From a virus, in IMG/VR virus record IMGVR_UViG_3300029448_000013, positions 9,263 through 73,262 of that record: a DNA stretch of 64,000 bases; one strand, written 5' to 3'. Position 1 is the first letter of the stretch. Each line of letters begins with the position of its first letter. Below, piece after piece: positions 21,808 to 30,569 of this stretch. The notes beneath the pieces were generated by a model that saw only the letters and a list, made by a program, of their open reading frames with translations, did not search any database and was not told the origin of the DNA. Position numbers and translations under genes: made by a program.

Positions 21808-21812
21808 TCAAA

Positions 21813-22241
21813 TCACTCTTGGAATCCTGTCAAGAAAGTAGGACTAACTGTTTGCACTTCTTGTTGCTTTTGTAATGTAGGAAGGTTTGGGTCTCCATAC
21901 ACTGTTTGTCCAACACCGAATTGTTGTTGGAAACCTCTAAATGATTCCCTGACTCTCTTTCGGTTTTCTTCATCTCTTGCCTTTCTGTTCCAGTATGAGT
22001 TGATTTGTCTTTGAAGTAGGAAGTCTTCAATGTAGTCGTTAACAAACAAATCAAACAGTGCTTTTAGAATGACTATGCCACCTACGGTTAATACCCCGAA
22101 TATCATAGCAACTGGATAAGAACCGTATGCGTTGACAAAAGTTGTGCCATATTGTGAGAAGAAGTAAACATTTACTCCGCTAACTGCTCCAACAAATAGA
22201 ACAGTCATTATTAGTCTAGTATCTGTATCTATGCTTGGCAT
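21813..22241 (-). CDS. Membrane protein with two predicted TM helices
   Basis: LIMTVLFVGAVSGVNVYFF and YPVAMIFGVLTVGGIVILKAL, then a charged helical tail; GAGGTGA RBS before MPSID. Confidence 0.7.
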   Translation of the reverse strand: MPSIDTDTRLIMTVLFVGAVSGVNVYFFSQYGTTFVNAYGSYPVAMIFGVLTVGGIVILKALFDLFVNDYIEDFLLQRQINSYWNRKARDEENRKRVRESFRGFQQQFGVGQTVYGDPNLPTLQKQQEVQTVSPTFLTGFQE

Positions 22242-22251
22242 AGTAATCACC

Positions 22252-22548
22252 TCAAGCAAAGTTAACAGACACAGTTCCAGTGCCAGTAATCTGAACGAAT
22301 ATTCCGTTGGCTACTAGAACACCATGTAGGTCTTGCTCAATGGTTTGAGCAGTTCCTCCTGCATGTAATACTAGTCGAGCAACCTCCTTCTTGCTCGTTG
22401 TTGTGGAGTTGTCACTGTCCCATATCTTGACAGTCATTACAGCGTTTGCTGTTGATGTAGCGTGAACACTCATTATCTTAGCATGATGTTTTACTGCTAC
22501 TGTGCTTGTAGAAAGAACTCCGGTACTGTTGCAGGTAGGTGATGCCAT
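22252..22548 (-). CDS. Small beta-rich virion protein
   Basis: 98 aa T/V/S-rich, ends NGIFVQITGTGTVSVNF; head module context. Confidence 0.5.
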   Translation of the reverse strand: MASPTCNSTGVLSTSTVAVKHHAKIMSVHATSTANAVMTVKIWDSDNSTTTSKKEVARLVLHAGGTAQTIEQDLHGVLVANGIFVQITGTGTVSVNFA

Positions 22549-23033
22549 CACTCTGCCTCCGACAATCTCTCTACTAGGTCTGCTTTCTTTCCTTCTGTGG
22601 AAAGACCCCTTTCTGTCAAAACAACCTTTAGTTCCTTAACGGTTAGTTCTGACCAATCCATATCCAATGGTGCTTCACCATCTTCTACGGCTTCTTCTAC
22701 CACTGGCTCTTCGACTACGGGAGTCTCTTTGATGAGTTTAGGAATGAATGACTTCTTTGCTGAAGGGAACATAACTGCTCTTACTGCTTTAGCATCTCCT
22801 TCGACATTGAACTCTTTCTTCAATAAGTTAAGTAGATAGTCATTCAATTGTAGTATCTCTGAAGAATCTGAAGCATCGAACTCTATTGTTATTCCTGAGT
22901 CTCCTAGCATTCCTATTGCTATTCCTAACGGAACTTTCGTTTCTTCTTGCGCTGTTAATGCATATGTCTGACCGCCTCTTCTCAAAAGAAGTGGCCCTGA
23001 CACTCTATGTCTTGCTAACTTTACCTTTGCCAT
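22548..23033 (-). CDS. Protein with C-terminal SAP/HeH domain
   Basis: WSELTVKELKVVLTERGLSTEGKKADLVERL matches the SAP consensus. Confidence 0.8.
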   Translation of the reverse strand: MAKVKLARHRVSGPLLLRRGGQTYALTAQEETKVPLGIAIGMLGDSGITIEFDASDSSEILQLNDYLLNLLKKEFNVEGDAKAVRAVMFPSAKKSFIPKLIKETPVVEEPVVEEAVEDGEAPLDMDWSELTVKELKVVLTERGLSTEGKKADLVERLSEAE

Positions 23034-23057
23034 ATTATCACCTTATTTTTGTTGTTG

Positions 23058-23096
23058 GTAGTAACCCCTGCCCTGTTACGGGCAGAGGCCACTACT
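23058..23096 (-). terminator. GC-rich stem-loop after the capsid and decoration genes
   Basis: CTGCCC-TGTTAC-GGGCAG hairpin with outer GTAGT/ACTAC pairing, in a 90-bp intergenic gap. Confidence 0.45.
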
Positions 23097-23123
23097 TTAC
23101 GTTATCACTTAATCATTGTGATT

Positions 23124-23477
23124 TCAGAGATTACCGTATACACGGACTCTGACAGAACCGCCGTTAGCATCGTTAGACAACGTAGCGTTAGTTCCGTCTA
23201 ATGCAGTGAACATGAGAGCAAAGGATGTTCCACTCTCATAAGCACCTGCGGCACTAATCTCTACTAATGGCAATACTGCGTTGGCGTTATCACTGCCTGT
23301 GATTGATACACTATGAATGGATGATAGGCCAAGAGCCGAAGCAGGTATTACTGACCCTGCTGCGACTATTGACGTTACATCTATCAGAGCATCAACAACA
23401 TACTCGTCACCTGCGACCTTTGGGGCAGTTACGCCCTTATGGTCAGCAAGCAAAGTAACTGTGTATGCTAATGCCAT
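23124..23477 (-). CDS. Putative capsid decoration protein
   Basis: 117 aa A/S/V-rich, immediately after the capsid gene, ends VRVRVYG. Confidence 0.55.
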   Translation of the reverse strand: MALAYTVTLLADHKGVTAPKVAGDEYVVDALIDVTSIVAAGSVIPASALGLSSIHSVSITGSDNANAVLPLVEISAAGAYESGTSFALMFTALDGTNATLSNDANGGSVRVRVYGNL

Positions 23478-23488
23478 TCTTAATCACC

Positions 23489-24850
23489 TCACGCACTCTT
23501 GATGTTGGTTATCTTTCCTTGTCCCTTGAAGAACGAACATCCGGTCTCAGCCATAGTTCGGTACATTCCTTGGTTTCCAAGTTTGCCAACACCGAATGGG
23601 TTTCCACTAGTGATACCATCCTCGAAATACTGAGTAGGCTTCATTACAGACAACCACATGTGGTCTGTGTCTAGAATGAGTATGTCACTCAGTTCGTTGG
23701 TTGTGTTGCTACCAGTTGATGGCATGTCCTTGGTTGGAATGATTGGTATGTCATAGTATGTTGCAACTCTGAATCCAACCTCTGCACCCTTAACTCCACG
23801 AACTCCGTTGTGGGTAGGTACGATTTCTTTCCTGTCCATGAACCTCTCTTGGCTTTGTAGCAAGTCAGCAAGGTGCTGTACGGTATCGTATCCTGTTAGG
23901 ATAACTTTCGGGTTTCCGCCGTTCTGCCTGATTCTCCTAATCATGTCGTTAAGCATGGTTAGTGTTAGAACTCTAGCATCGCTAGCACCATATCCTGCAC
24001 CGAAGTCAACCTCTGCATCCAAGAAGGAAGCAGTTCCAGTTGCAGCGTTGCTGGATACAGAGACAGTTCGGCTAGTACCGAATAGTCTTACTACATCAGC
24101 AACAACAGCAGAGTTGTCTGCGTTGTTAGCACCAGTGTCCAATAGGTTTGCGTTGTACATAGCAGCGATTTCACCAGCAGATGAAACAATCTTTAGTAGA
24201 GAAGTATAGTTTCTCTCGATTGTTGTTGCAGTACCGTCATCGTATCTCTCAAGAGGCATAACTAGCATCTTGCTCTGAGTCTCTGCGTGTAGTTTACCCA
24301 TGTCCTCACGAACGATTGCACGAATGTCACCAACACCGTCATCAATTGCAGCAAGTTCCATTCCAAGTTCTGAGAACTCGAATAGATGTGCAACAGTCTT
24401 TGGACTAATGTATAGTTTCTCATACTGTGGTGCAATAGGTGGAATATCGTTTCCAGTTCCTAGAGTTGCGTTCTCACCAACACCACCGATTTTGTCTGCT
24501 CTTGGTGTGTCTGAACCTTCTGCGCCAGTTCCTATTCCGAATGCAGAACCTGAACCTCCTTCTGCTCTGCTCTTTAGAACTCTCCATCCACTAGATGTGT
24601 ATGGTCTCTTTGCGAGCATAGCAAGAGGGTTAACCTCTTGGTTTAGCATTGACCATACTTTCTGTCCGTAAAGAACATTGTATAGGTCTCCTAACCCACT
24701 AGCAGCAGAAAACGGGTTGCTTGCTGCATCGTGGGGCGTTCCGAAACCACCAACGACACCAGCCGCTTTCAACAGGGCGTTACCTGATGCGCCAGCATAG
24801 CCGTATGTGGCTGCTTCTAAGTCTTTTACTGTGTTAATATATCCACTCAT
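23489..24850 (-). CDS. Major capsid protein (HK97-like fold)
   Basis: 453 aa after protease/scaffold; YYDIPIIPTKDMP, ILILDT, MYRTMAET...FKGQGKITNIK resemble archaeal tailed-virus capsid proteins. Confidence 0.85.
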   Translation of the reverse strand: MSGYINTVKDLEAATYGYAGASGNALLKAAGVVGGFGTPHDAASNPFSAASGLGDLYNVLYGQKVWSMLNQEVNPLAMLAKRPYTSSGWRVLKSRAEGGSGSAFGIGTGAEGSDTPRADKIGGVGENATLGTGNDIPPIAPQYEKLYISPKTVAHLFEFSELGMELAAIDDGVGDIRAIVREDMGKLHAETQSKMLVMPLERYDDGTATTIERNYTSLLKIVSSAGEIAAMYNANLLDTGANNADNSAVVADVVRLFGTSRTVSVSSNAATGTASFLDAEVDFGAGYGASDARVLTLTMLNDMIRRIRQNGGNPKVILTGYDTVQHLADLLQSQERFMDRKEIVPTHNGVRGVKGAEVGFRVATYYDIPIIPTKDMPSTGSNTTNELSDILILDTDHMWLSVMKPTQYFEDGITSGNPFGVGKLGNQGMYRTMAETGCSFFKGQGKITNIKSA

Positions 24851-24851
24851 T

Positions 24852-25541
24852 TTAGTTCACCTTCCTTGCGAGGTTGTGTATGTCTCCCCATGACATCTCA
24901 GCCATTGCGTCAGCAGTGGTTGGGAATCCTTCAGGTAGAGAGAAAGCGACTTCTGTTGCTTTCCTTATCTCATCATCCTTTGCGGTAAGAGATTTGCGTA
25001 GTTCTGCAAACTCTTCTTTCAAAGCCGCTACTTCTGTTGAAGCATCGTACTCTGCTCTCTCTGCTGCTGATTTCTTAACATCGAGTTCAGCAGCGAATCT
25101 GTCAGCAAATGTCTTCGATAGGTTATCGTAAGCCATTGCTTCTAGTTGCTCTGCTTTGTAAGCCTCGTAAGCCTTCTCCACATTCTCAGCACTTAAGTCA
25201 AGAGTAGTAAAGTCCGTACCTTCTAGACCCTTAGAGACAGATAGCGCAGCAGGAGCAGCCTTTGGCTTTCCGCCACTTACTACTTCTTCTCCGGCCTCGT
25301 AATCTCTTGTCGAGTCCTCATCGAGAGCCTTATCCATGCTCTCAAGTTCGTCTTCCTTCATAGACATTTTATCTTCCATGTCCATGCTCTCCACTTCTTC
25401 TTCTTTCATCGTTTCTTCTTCATCTTTCATTTCCATTGTCTCCAATTCACTTTCTTTTGTTATAGAGTCACCAGTGACTTCTCTGACTTGCGTTAGCAAT
25501 CCATTGAGTTCTTCCAGTGCTTTCTCCAATTTTTCCGTCAT
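24852..25541 (-). CDS. Nested in-frame scaffold protein (internal start)
   Basis: GGAGGT-AGAAAT-ATG in frame at the protease/coil boundary (MTEKLEKALEE...). Confidence 0.6.
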   Translation of the reverse strand: MTEKLEKALEELNGLLTQVREVTGDSITKESELETMEMKDEEETMKEEEVESMDMEDKMSMKEDELESMDKALDEDSTRDYEAGEEVVSGGKPKAAPAALSVSKGLEGTDFTTLDLSAENVEKAYEAYKAEQLEAMAYDNLSKTFADRFAAELDVKKSAAERAEYDASTEVAALKEEFAELRKSLTAKDDEIRKATEVAFSLPEGFPTTADAMAEMSWGDIHNLARKVN

Positions 25542-26081
25542 ATTTCTACCTCCTTTCTCATGTTTTAGTATGTCGAATTTTGCTTCGGGGTTAATCCCCT
25601 TCTCACAGATAGTAACTTCATGCAACTCTAGGTTGTCAATCTCGTTGTATTCTCCGTATTCCTCTGATTTTCTTTCTCTTTTAGAAATGGCTTGTCCACC
25701 TATGCTAAATGACCGAAGAGTTCCTTTTCTGATACTCCTGTTGATTTCTTTTGCTTTTTCTATGTCATCTCTCATTTTGATGACTACATAGAAGCCAACA
25801 CCATCTACTCCTGTTTTGTGTAATACACCATTAGTATCTCGATACTGTTCAATAACTTCTCCAACTTGAACATTAGAATGATTGGACATAACGTTCCTGT
25901 AAGATTTTTCAGTCATGAAATCTTTAACAGCCTTTTCTAATGCTTCTAACGTGATTAAATCATTTTGTTTGTCAACTATTTCTATTGATGCATAACCACC
26001 AATCACTAGATTATCAGACTTAAGTATTTGAAAACTAGCAGGGCTATCCTGCCTAATTAATACTTCCTGCTGTGCAAACAC
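24852..26081 (-). CDS. Prohead protease fused to acidic scaffold
   Basis: IGGYASIEIVDKQND, NH (His), SFSIGG (Ser), LHEVTICEKGINPEA are HK97/U35-type protease motifs; C-half is E/M/K-rich coil. Confidence 0.85.
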   Translation of the reverse strand: MFAQQEVLIRQDSPASFQILKSDNLVIGGYASIEIVDKQNDLITLEALEKAVKDFMTEKSYRNVMSNHSNVQVGEVIEQYRDTNGVLHKTGVDGVGFYVVIKMRDDIEKAKEINRSIRKGTLRSFSIGGQAISKRERKSEEYGEYNEIDNLELHEVTICEKGINPEAKFDILKHEKGGRNMTEKLEKALEELNGLLTQVREVTGDSITKESELETMEMKDEEETMKEEEVESMDMEDKMSMKEDELESMDKALDEDSTRDYEAGEEVVSGGKPKAAPAALSVSKGLEGTDFTTLDLSAENVEKAYEAYKAEQLEAMAYDNLSKTFADRFAAELDVKKSAAERAEYDASTEVAALKEEFAELRKSLTAKDDEIRKATEVAFSLPEGFPTTADAMAEMSWGDIHNLARKVN

Positions 26082-26120
26082 AACACAGCACCTTAAACTC
26101 TTACTATATTAAATAGGCGT

Positions 26121-28685
26121 TTATTCAGGTAATTGTAAATTACTATACTTGTCCTTGGTGATGTCGATAATTCCTTCATCGGATGAGTCTTCTAACATCT
26201 CTTGTTTCTTTCCTGTAAATACTATCCAAGACTTCTTTTCATCTAGTGGAACAACTCGGAAATGTATTCTAGATTGAAACTTGTCTCCTTCCATTCTATA
26301 TTCATGGTATCCATCTCTTTGAACACCAAAGATTAACTCACCACTATCTAGTATTTTACTGCTGTCTATCTTCTCTGAAACCATTGCAGGGAATTTTCCT
26401 GACTTACCAAACAAATCGAATATGTCTTCAGGTTTATCTATATCAATCAACCAAGCCATTCTTTTGTCATCTGTCTCGATTATAAAATCGATGTTTCCAT
26501 CTTCTCGTTGCCTAACCTCAAACTCTCCTGCTAGTTCTTCTTCTTCGTCTTTTTCTATATTCTCAGGAGACACATCGAATCTGTTTGGAGAAAGGAAAAC
26601 AAAAGCGTCTTGATTTTTCAACCAAGCAAGTAGTTCTTTTGGTTTACCTTCAAAGATTTCATCATATGCGTCTTCCTCTGTAATCCTGAGTTTTTCTTCT
26701 AGTTCGTCAAACTCTATTGCTTTTTGATTGTCTTCTATGATTTTTCTAATCGCAACCCTTAGTTTTGACTTTCTAGATTTCATCAGTTTCTCTAGTTGAC
26801 CTTTCCAGTCATCCATATTGTAAAGAGCATTCTTCTGCATCAGTGAATCACCATCGAACCCATAGACAGTGAAACCTTCTAAGTCATGTTTGCAGATTAT
26901 CTCTGCTTCACCGTGAACGTAATCTGTAACAATATACTTCCTTATCTTCTTCTTGTTCTTTCTCTCTCTTTGAAGTTCTGCTATCACAGTAAGAGGATTA
27001 GCCAAATCTGATGGTTTCATGAACGGATGTCTAGGCACTAGTGCTTTCTTAGTCTTAGATGCCAGTTGTTCTAGGGTCTCTAGTTTATCTGATTCATCTA
27101 CTTCAGGCAACTCTATCACTTTAGCAGAATAGAGGCTGAAGCCCTTTCCTTTCTTAGTAACCTCATCAACCTTAACACGAATGATTGTGCCTATGTCAAC
27201 CTCAACTTTAGTATTCAATGCCTTACCAACAGGAAGATAGTTCTTATCATCAAGTTCTATTGTCTTCATCTCTCTTGTTTGTTCCGCAGTTAATGGGCCA
27301 ATTCCCATAGTGTAGGAATGTAGGCCGCTTTTTGTTTTCTTATCCTCTAAAACTATTACATCCAAATCAACGAACTTCTTCCATTTAATCCACTTCGGGT
27401 TTTTCTTTCTACCCATGTAGTATGTTGATTCTATGTCTTTAATGACAACACCTTCTGATGTAGGCATGTCCATGATTTTCTCTGCGTATTCTCCGACTTC
27501 TTTCATAGAGTCAGCGATTCTTGTATCTTTCTTAGAAGGAAATGCCAACTCATCCGATGAGTGTTGTGAGTATTGGTAGAACATAATGTTGATTCTTTCT
27601 CTCAAAGGTTCATCCATCATATCCTTGCCTTCGTGTTTCATCACATCAAACACATGCGCTCTGAGTTTTGTATCGGGTATCTTCTTCTTGAAGATGTGAG
27701 TAATCACATTCGCTCTATGTAGCGCATCATCTCCTTGGAAGAGAAGAAGTTCCCCGTCTAATATACAGTCACCAATTCCCTTCTTTTCCATTTTCTCTAC
27801 AATCTCAGGACACTTATCTGTTATGTCCTTTTGATTATATGAGTATATTTTGATATTGTCTCCTACTTTGTGAATCTGTATTCTCATCCCGTCATATTTT
27901 TCTTGAACAACGTATTCCCCACTTAGACCCTTGATGTCTTTCATGTCATCAAGTTCAAAGATACGATACATTGGTTTGTTAGGCACAATAAAGTCGATAT
28001 CTTCTTTCTCTTCTTCTGACTTTGCAATATCTATATCTTTCAAAGATTCCCACTTGTCTTCGGAATAACTTTCATTATACACTTCTTTCAGTAGAGAAAG
28101 TGCCTCCTTGAATTTTCCTTTGACTCTCTTTGAATCTTTGTCATCTCCGTAATGTTCTATGATGTAAAGTGGAATGTCTTTCTCCTCTAAATCTAATCCC
28201 ATAAATCCTTGAGTTATTTCATCAGGTTTCAATTCGTTCTCCTCCCATGCTTTCTTGGGTATTGGATTTGAGTGGCTTCTCAATGCATAGTGAACGAAGG
28301 CTGCAAAGGTTGCTTTATCTTCCAACAATACCTCTAACACCTTGTCGCCTAATTGTTTTGAGAATGGGTCTGATGCACCCTTTGATTCAAATCTCATCCT
28401 CTTTACATCTTCATAGATTCTCCTAGCAAGGAGACTTTCAGCATCATATACCTTATTGTCAAAGAGTTCTTTTTCTTTGATATGTTCTTTCAGTTCAGAA
28501 GCAAACTCTCCTAGTCCGTCATACTCTTCACGTATGGACTTGACAGTTGACTTCCACTTCTTACCGTATTCCTTCGGATTTTCCTTTGCAGATAGATATG
28601 CATAACGTACTCTCTCAAAGAAATCTAAAACTCTTTTTGATAGAGCCTTAGTTTCCTTTTCAAAGGACACGCCTGATGTTGTCAT
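26121..28685 (-). CDS. lig: ATP-dependent DNA ligase with N- and C-terminal extra domains
   Basis: Motifs I EKYDG, III LDGEL, IIIa FDVM, IV EGVVIK, V WIKWK, then an OB domain; C-terminus resembles a degenerate LigD phosphoesterase domain. Confidence 0.9.
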   Translation of the reverse strand: MTTSGVSFEKETKALSKRVLDFFERVRYAYLSAKENPKEYGKKWKSTVKSIREEYDGLGEFASELKEHIKEKELFDNKVYDAESLLARRIYEDVKRMRFESKGASDPFSKQLGDKVLEVLLEDKATFAAFVHYALRSHSNPIPKKAWEENELKPDEITQGFMGLDLEEKDIPLYIIEHYGDDKDSKRVKGKFKEALSLLKEVYNESYSEDKWESLKDIDIAKSEEEKEDIDFIVPNKPMYRIFELDDMKDIKGLSGEYVVQEKYDGMRIQIHKVGDNIKIYSYNQKDITDKCPEIVEKMEKKGIGDCILDGELLLFQGDDALHRANVITHIFKKKIPDTKLRAHVFDVMKHEGKDMMDEPLRERINIMFYQYSQHSSDELAFPSKKDTRIADSMKEVGEYAEKIMDMPTSEGVVIKDIESTYYMGRKKNPKWIKWKKFVDLDVIVLEDKKTKSGLHSYTMGIGPLTAEQTREMKTIELDDKNYLPVGKALNTKVEVDIGTIIRVKVDEVTKKGKGFSLYSAKVIELPEVDESDKLETLEQLASKTKKALVPRHPFMKPSDLANPLTVIAELQRERKNKKKIRKYIVTDYVHGEAEIICKHDLEGFTVYGFDGDSLMQKNALYNMDDWKGQLEKLMKSRKSKLRVAIRKIIEDNQKAIEFDELEEKLRITEEDAYDEIFEGKPKELLAWLKNQDAFVFLSPNRFDVSPENIEKDEEEELAGEFEVRQREDGNIDFIIETDDKRMAWLIDIDKPEDIFDLFGKSGKFPAMVSEKIDSSKILDSGELIFGVQRDGYHEYRMEGDKFQSRIHFRVVPLDEKKSWIVFTGKKQEMLEDSSDEGIIDITKDKYSNLQLPE

Positions 28686-28691
28686 CCACCA

Positions 28692-29213
28692 TCAAAACCT
28701 TCGTGACATAGGAGTTCTTTCTAAATCTCTAGTGGGTAGTCCAGTTGGGGTTAACGCTTTGATTTTGTCAAGTTCTTTTTCCATGTTTCTAGTGATTTTC
28801 GTATACTCATTTCCACTTGTTCCTCTTGGAGAGTTTGCTAGTGCTTCTGTTAATTCCTTGAGTCTATTCAATGATGCATTCATCTCACCGCTCACCATAT
28901 CTCTTGCTTCTTGCTCTGCCATAACTTTCAGCAAGTCATCAACAGCAGCCAAGATGGATTTCTTCATAGTACCATCATTGACTTTATCCTCTTTGCCTTC
29001 GATGTTGCTCAGGTCTCTCATCTGAGCGATGAAAGGACCAGTCAGATTGACTTCTGATGGTTTTTTCTTGGGCTTCTTGACTTTCATCTCTTCTCCCATG
29101 ACATCCTCATCAAGTTTCAATCTTCCAAGATGCCCTGCATCTTGTAGAATCTCTTTGGCTTTCAGTATTGCTAATTCAATTATTTTCTCTTCTTTCGTAA
29201 CTCTTTCCGGCAT
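28692..29213 (-). CDS. Hypothetical head-region protein
   Basis: 173 aa charged helical ORF with GGTGA RBS. Confidence 0.6.
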   Translation of the reverse strand: MPERVTKEEKIIELAILKAKEILQDAGHLGRLKLDEDVMGEEMKVKKPKKKPSEVNLTGPFIAQMRDLSNIEGKEDKVNDGTMKKSILAAVDDLLKVMAEQEARDMVSGEMNASLNRLKELTEALANSPRGTSGNEYTKITRNMEKELDKIKALTPTGLPTRDLERTPMSRRF

Positions 29214-29218
29214 TTAAT

Positions 29219-29443
29219 TCACCCCATTTTCTCCGCCATCTTGCGAATCTCATCCCAAGACATTTGACCACCATCAGGTACTTGCGTATTCGCAATTACT
29301 GGTGTTGGAGTTTCACGAACAACCAATCCTGATTTCATCAGTATGTTGTCTTTGTTGTATACTGCTTGTTCCAAGGCATTTACCTTGTTCACAAGTTCTT
29401 TCATTAATAGTAACATTTCATTTTTTTCTTCTTTCTTGCTCAT
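29219..29443 (-). CDS. Small coiled-coil protein with scaffold-like C-terminus
   Basis: Ends MSWDEIRKMAEKMG, similar to scaffold end MSWGDIHNLARKVN. Confidence 0.65.
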   Translation of the reverse strand: MSKKEEKNEMLLLMKELVNKVNALEQAVYNKDNILMKSGLVVRETPTPVIANTQVPDGGQMSWDEIRKMAEKMG

Positions 29444-29445
29444 CT

Positions 29446-29763
29446 TTAATACTTCCTTTCTTCCCCTTCTAGTCTGAAACTTAATTCACCATCTGAACCA
29501 GTAAATATTGCGCTGTATCCTTTATCGCCATACAACTCTCTCGCCACTTCTTGTGCCTTCTTCTCTGACATTTTCAAGTCAGTGAGTTTAATGCTTGCAT
29601 ATCTTTCTTTCTTTTTACCTGCTTCGCTTATTATTGGGTCTACTTTCTCTCTAAACAAATCAATATACTCAGGCATTGATAAATCGTCATTACTGTTATT
29701 ACTAAACTCTGATTCTCTAGGATTCCTTATCGGTGGTGCTTTTAGTATATCATGCCATGTCAT
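29446..29763 (-). CDS. W-tag protein (MTWHDILKA)
   Basis: 105 aa with the shared N-terminal motif. Confidence 0.7.
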   Translation of the reverse strand: MTWHDILKAPPIRNPRESEFSNNSNDDLSMPEYIDLFREKVDPIISEAGKKKERYASIKLTDLKMSEKKAQEVARELYGDKGYSAIFTGSDGELSFRLEGEERKY

Positions 29764-29943
29764 TTAATTTCCCCTCGCTTTCTTGTTTCTCTCACGTATC
29801 ATAGCCAACAGTTCTGCTTCTTTATCCTCAGTCCTCTTGGCCGCTTCTTCGTCTTGTCCGGTAGAGGCTGTCGTTGTAACTCTTGCCATTGGGTCAGACT
29901 TCTCTGCACCACAATCTCCCTTTAGTGTTTCAAACCAACTCAT
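29764..29943 (-). CDS. W-tag protein (MSWFETLKG), not in ORF track
   Basis: 59 aa MSWFETLKGDCGAEKSDPM...KKARGN; AGGTGA RBS; fills the gap exactly. Confidence 0.7.
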   Translation of the reverse strand: MSWFETLKGDCGAEKSDPMARVTTTASTGQDEEAAKRTEDKEAELLAMIRERNKKARGN

Positions 29944-29949
29944 TCTAAA

Positions 29950-30219
29950 TCACCTTTTCATTCTACTATCTATATCATAGCCAAATACTTTAGATTCTCT
30001 ACCATCATAAAACTCTTGAAACTCTTTTAAGAGTCTTGCAAGTTTTCTAATTTTAGATAGTTCAAACTCATCTTTTTCTCTTAGACCATCATTAGCCACT
30101 AATAACGTATCTTCAAACTCATCTAATCCAACATCTCTAATTATATCTGCCAAAGCATTTCCAATATCACTTTGATATGGTGCTACACCATCTTCTTTAA
30201 TCACTTCTTTCCAACTCAT
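29950..30219 (-). CDS. W-tag protein (MSWKEVIKED)
   Basis: 89 aa with the shared N-terminal motif. Confidence 0.7.
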   Translation of the reverse strand: MSWKEVIKEDGVAPYQSDIGNALADIIRDVGLDEFEDTLLVANDGLREKDEFELSKIRKLARLLKEFQEFYDGRESKVFGYDIDSRMKR

Positions 30220-30220
30220 T

Positions 30221-30499
30221 CTAATCCATCCTTTTTAATGCATATGCGAATGCAACATCTTTTAGTTCCTTTTCTGACAATTCATTGTCTTGTAGTCTTT
30301 CATAAAATTCCATCAATCTGTTAGCCTTAGCGGGGGTTAATCTTCCCCCTCTCTGTTCTAATTGTTCTCCAAAAACTTGTTCAACTCTTAACGTGTTATA
30401 CTTCTTACCATGTATGGTAACTTTTTTGTTAGAGTGTTGGTCGAACATCTCTTCAACATCATTGGTTTTATCTTCTTTGATTACTTCTTTCCAACTCAT
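30221..30499 (-). CDS. W-tag protein (MSWKEVIKED)
   Basis: 92 aa; first 10 aa identical to the neighbour, remainder unrelated. Confidence 0.7.
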   Translation of the reverse strand: MSWKEVIKEDKTNDVEEMFDQHSNKKVTIHGKKYNTLRVEQVFGEQLEQRGGRLTPAKANRLMEFYERLQDNELSEKELKDVAFAYALKRMD

Positions 30500-30569
30500 T
30501 CTAAATCACCTATTATTGGTAAACTCATTCCTACTTGCCACACTATTATGTCAGATACTAATCTAAGTT

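Noticed and set aside
30496-30528. 10-codon mini-ORF MSLPIIGDLE before a W-tag gene
   Set aside because: Too short to support; probably a by-product of the RBS and leader sequence.
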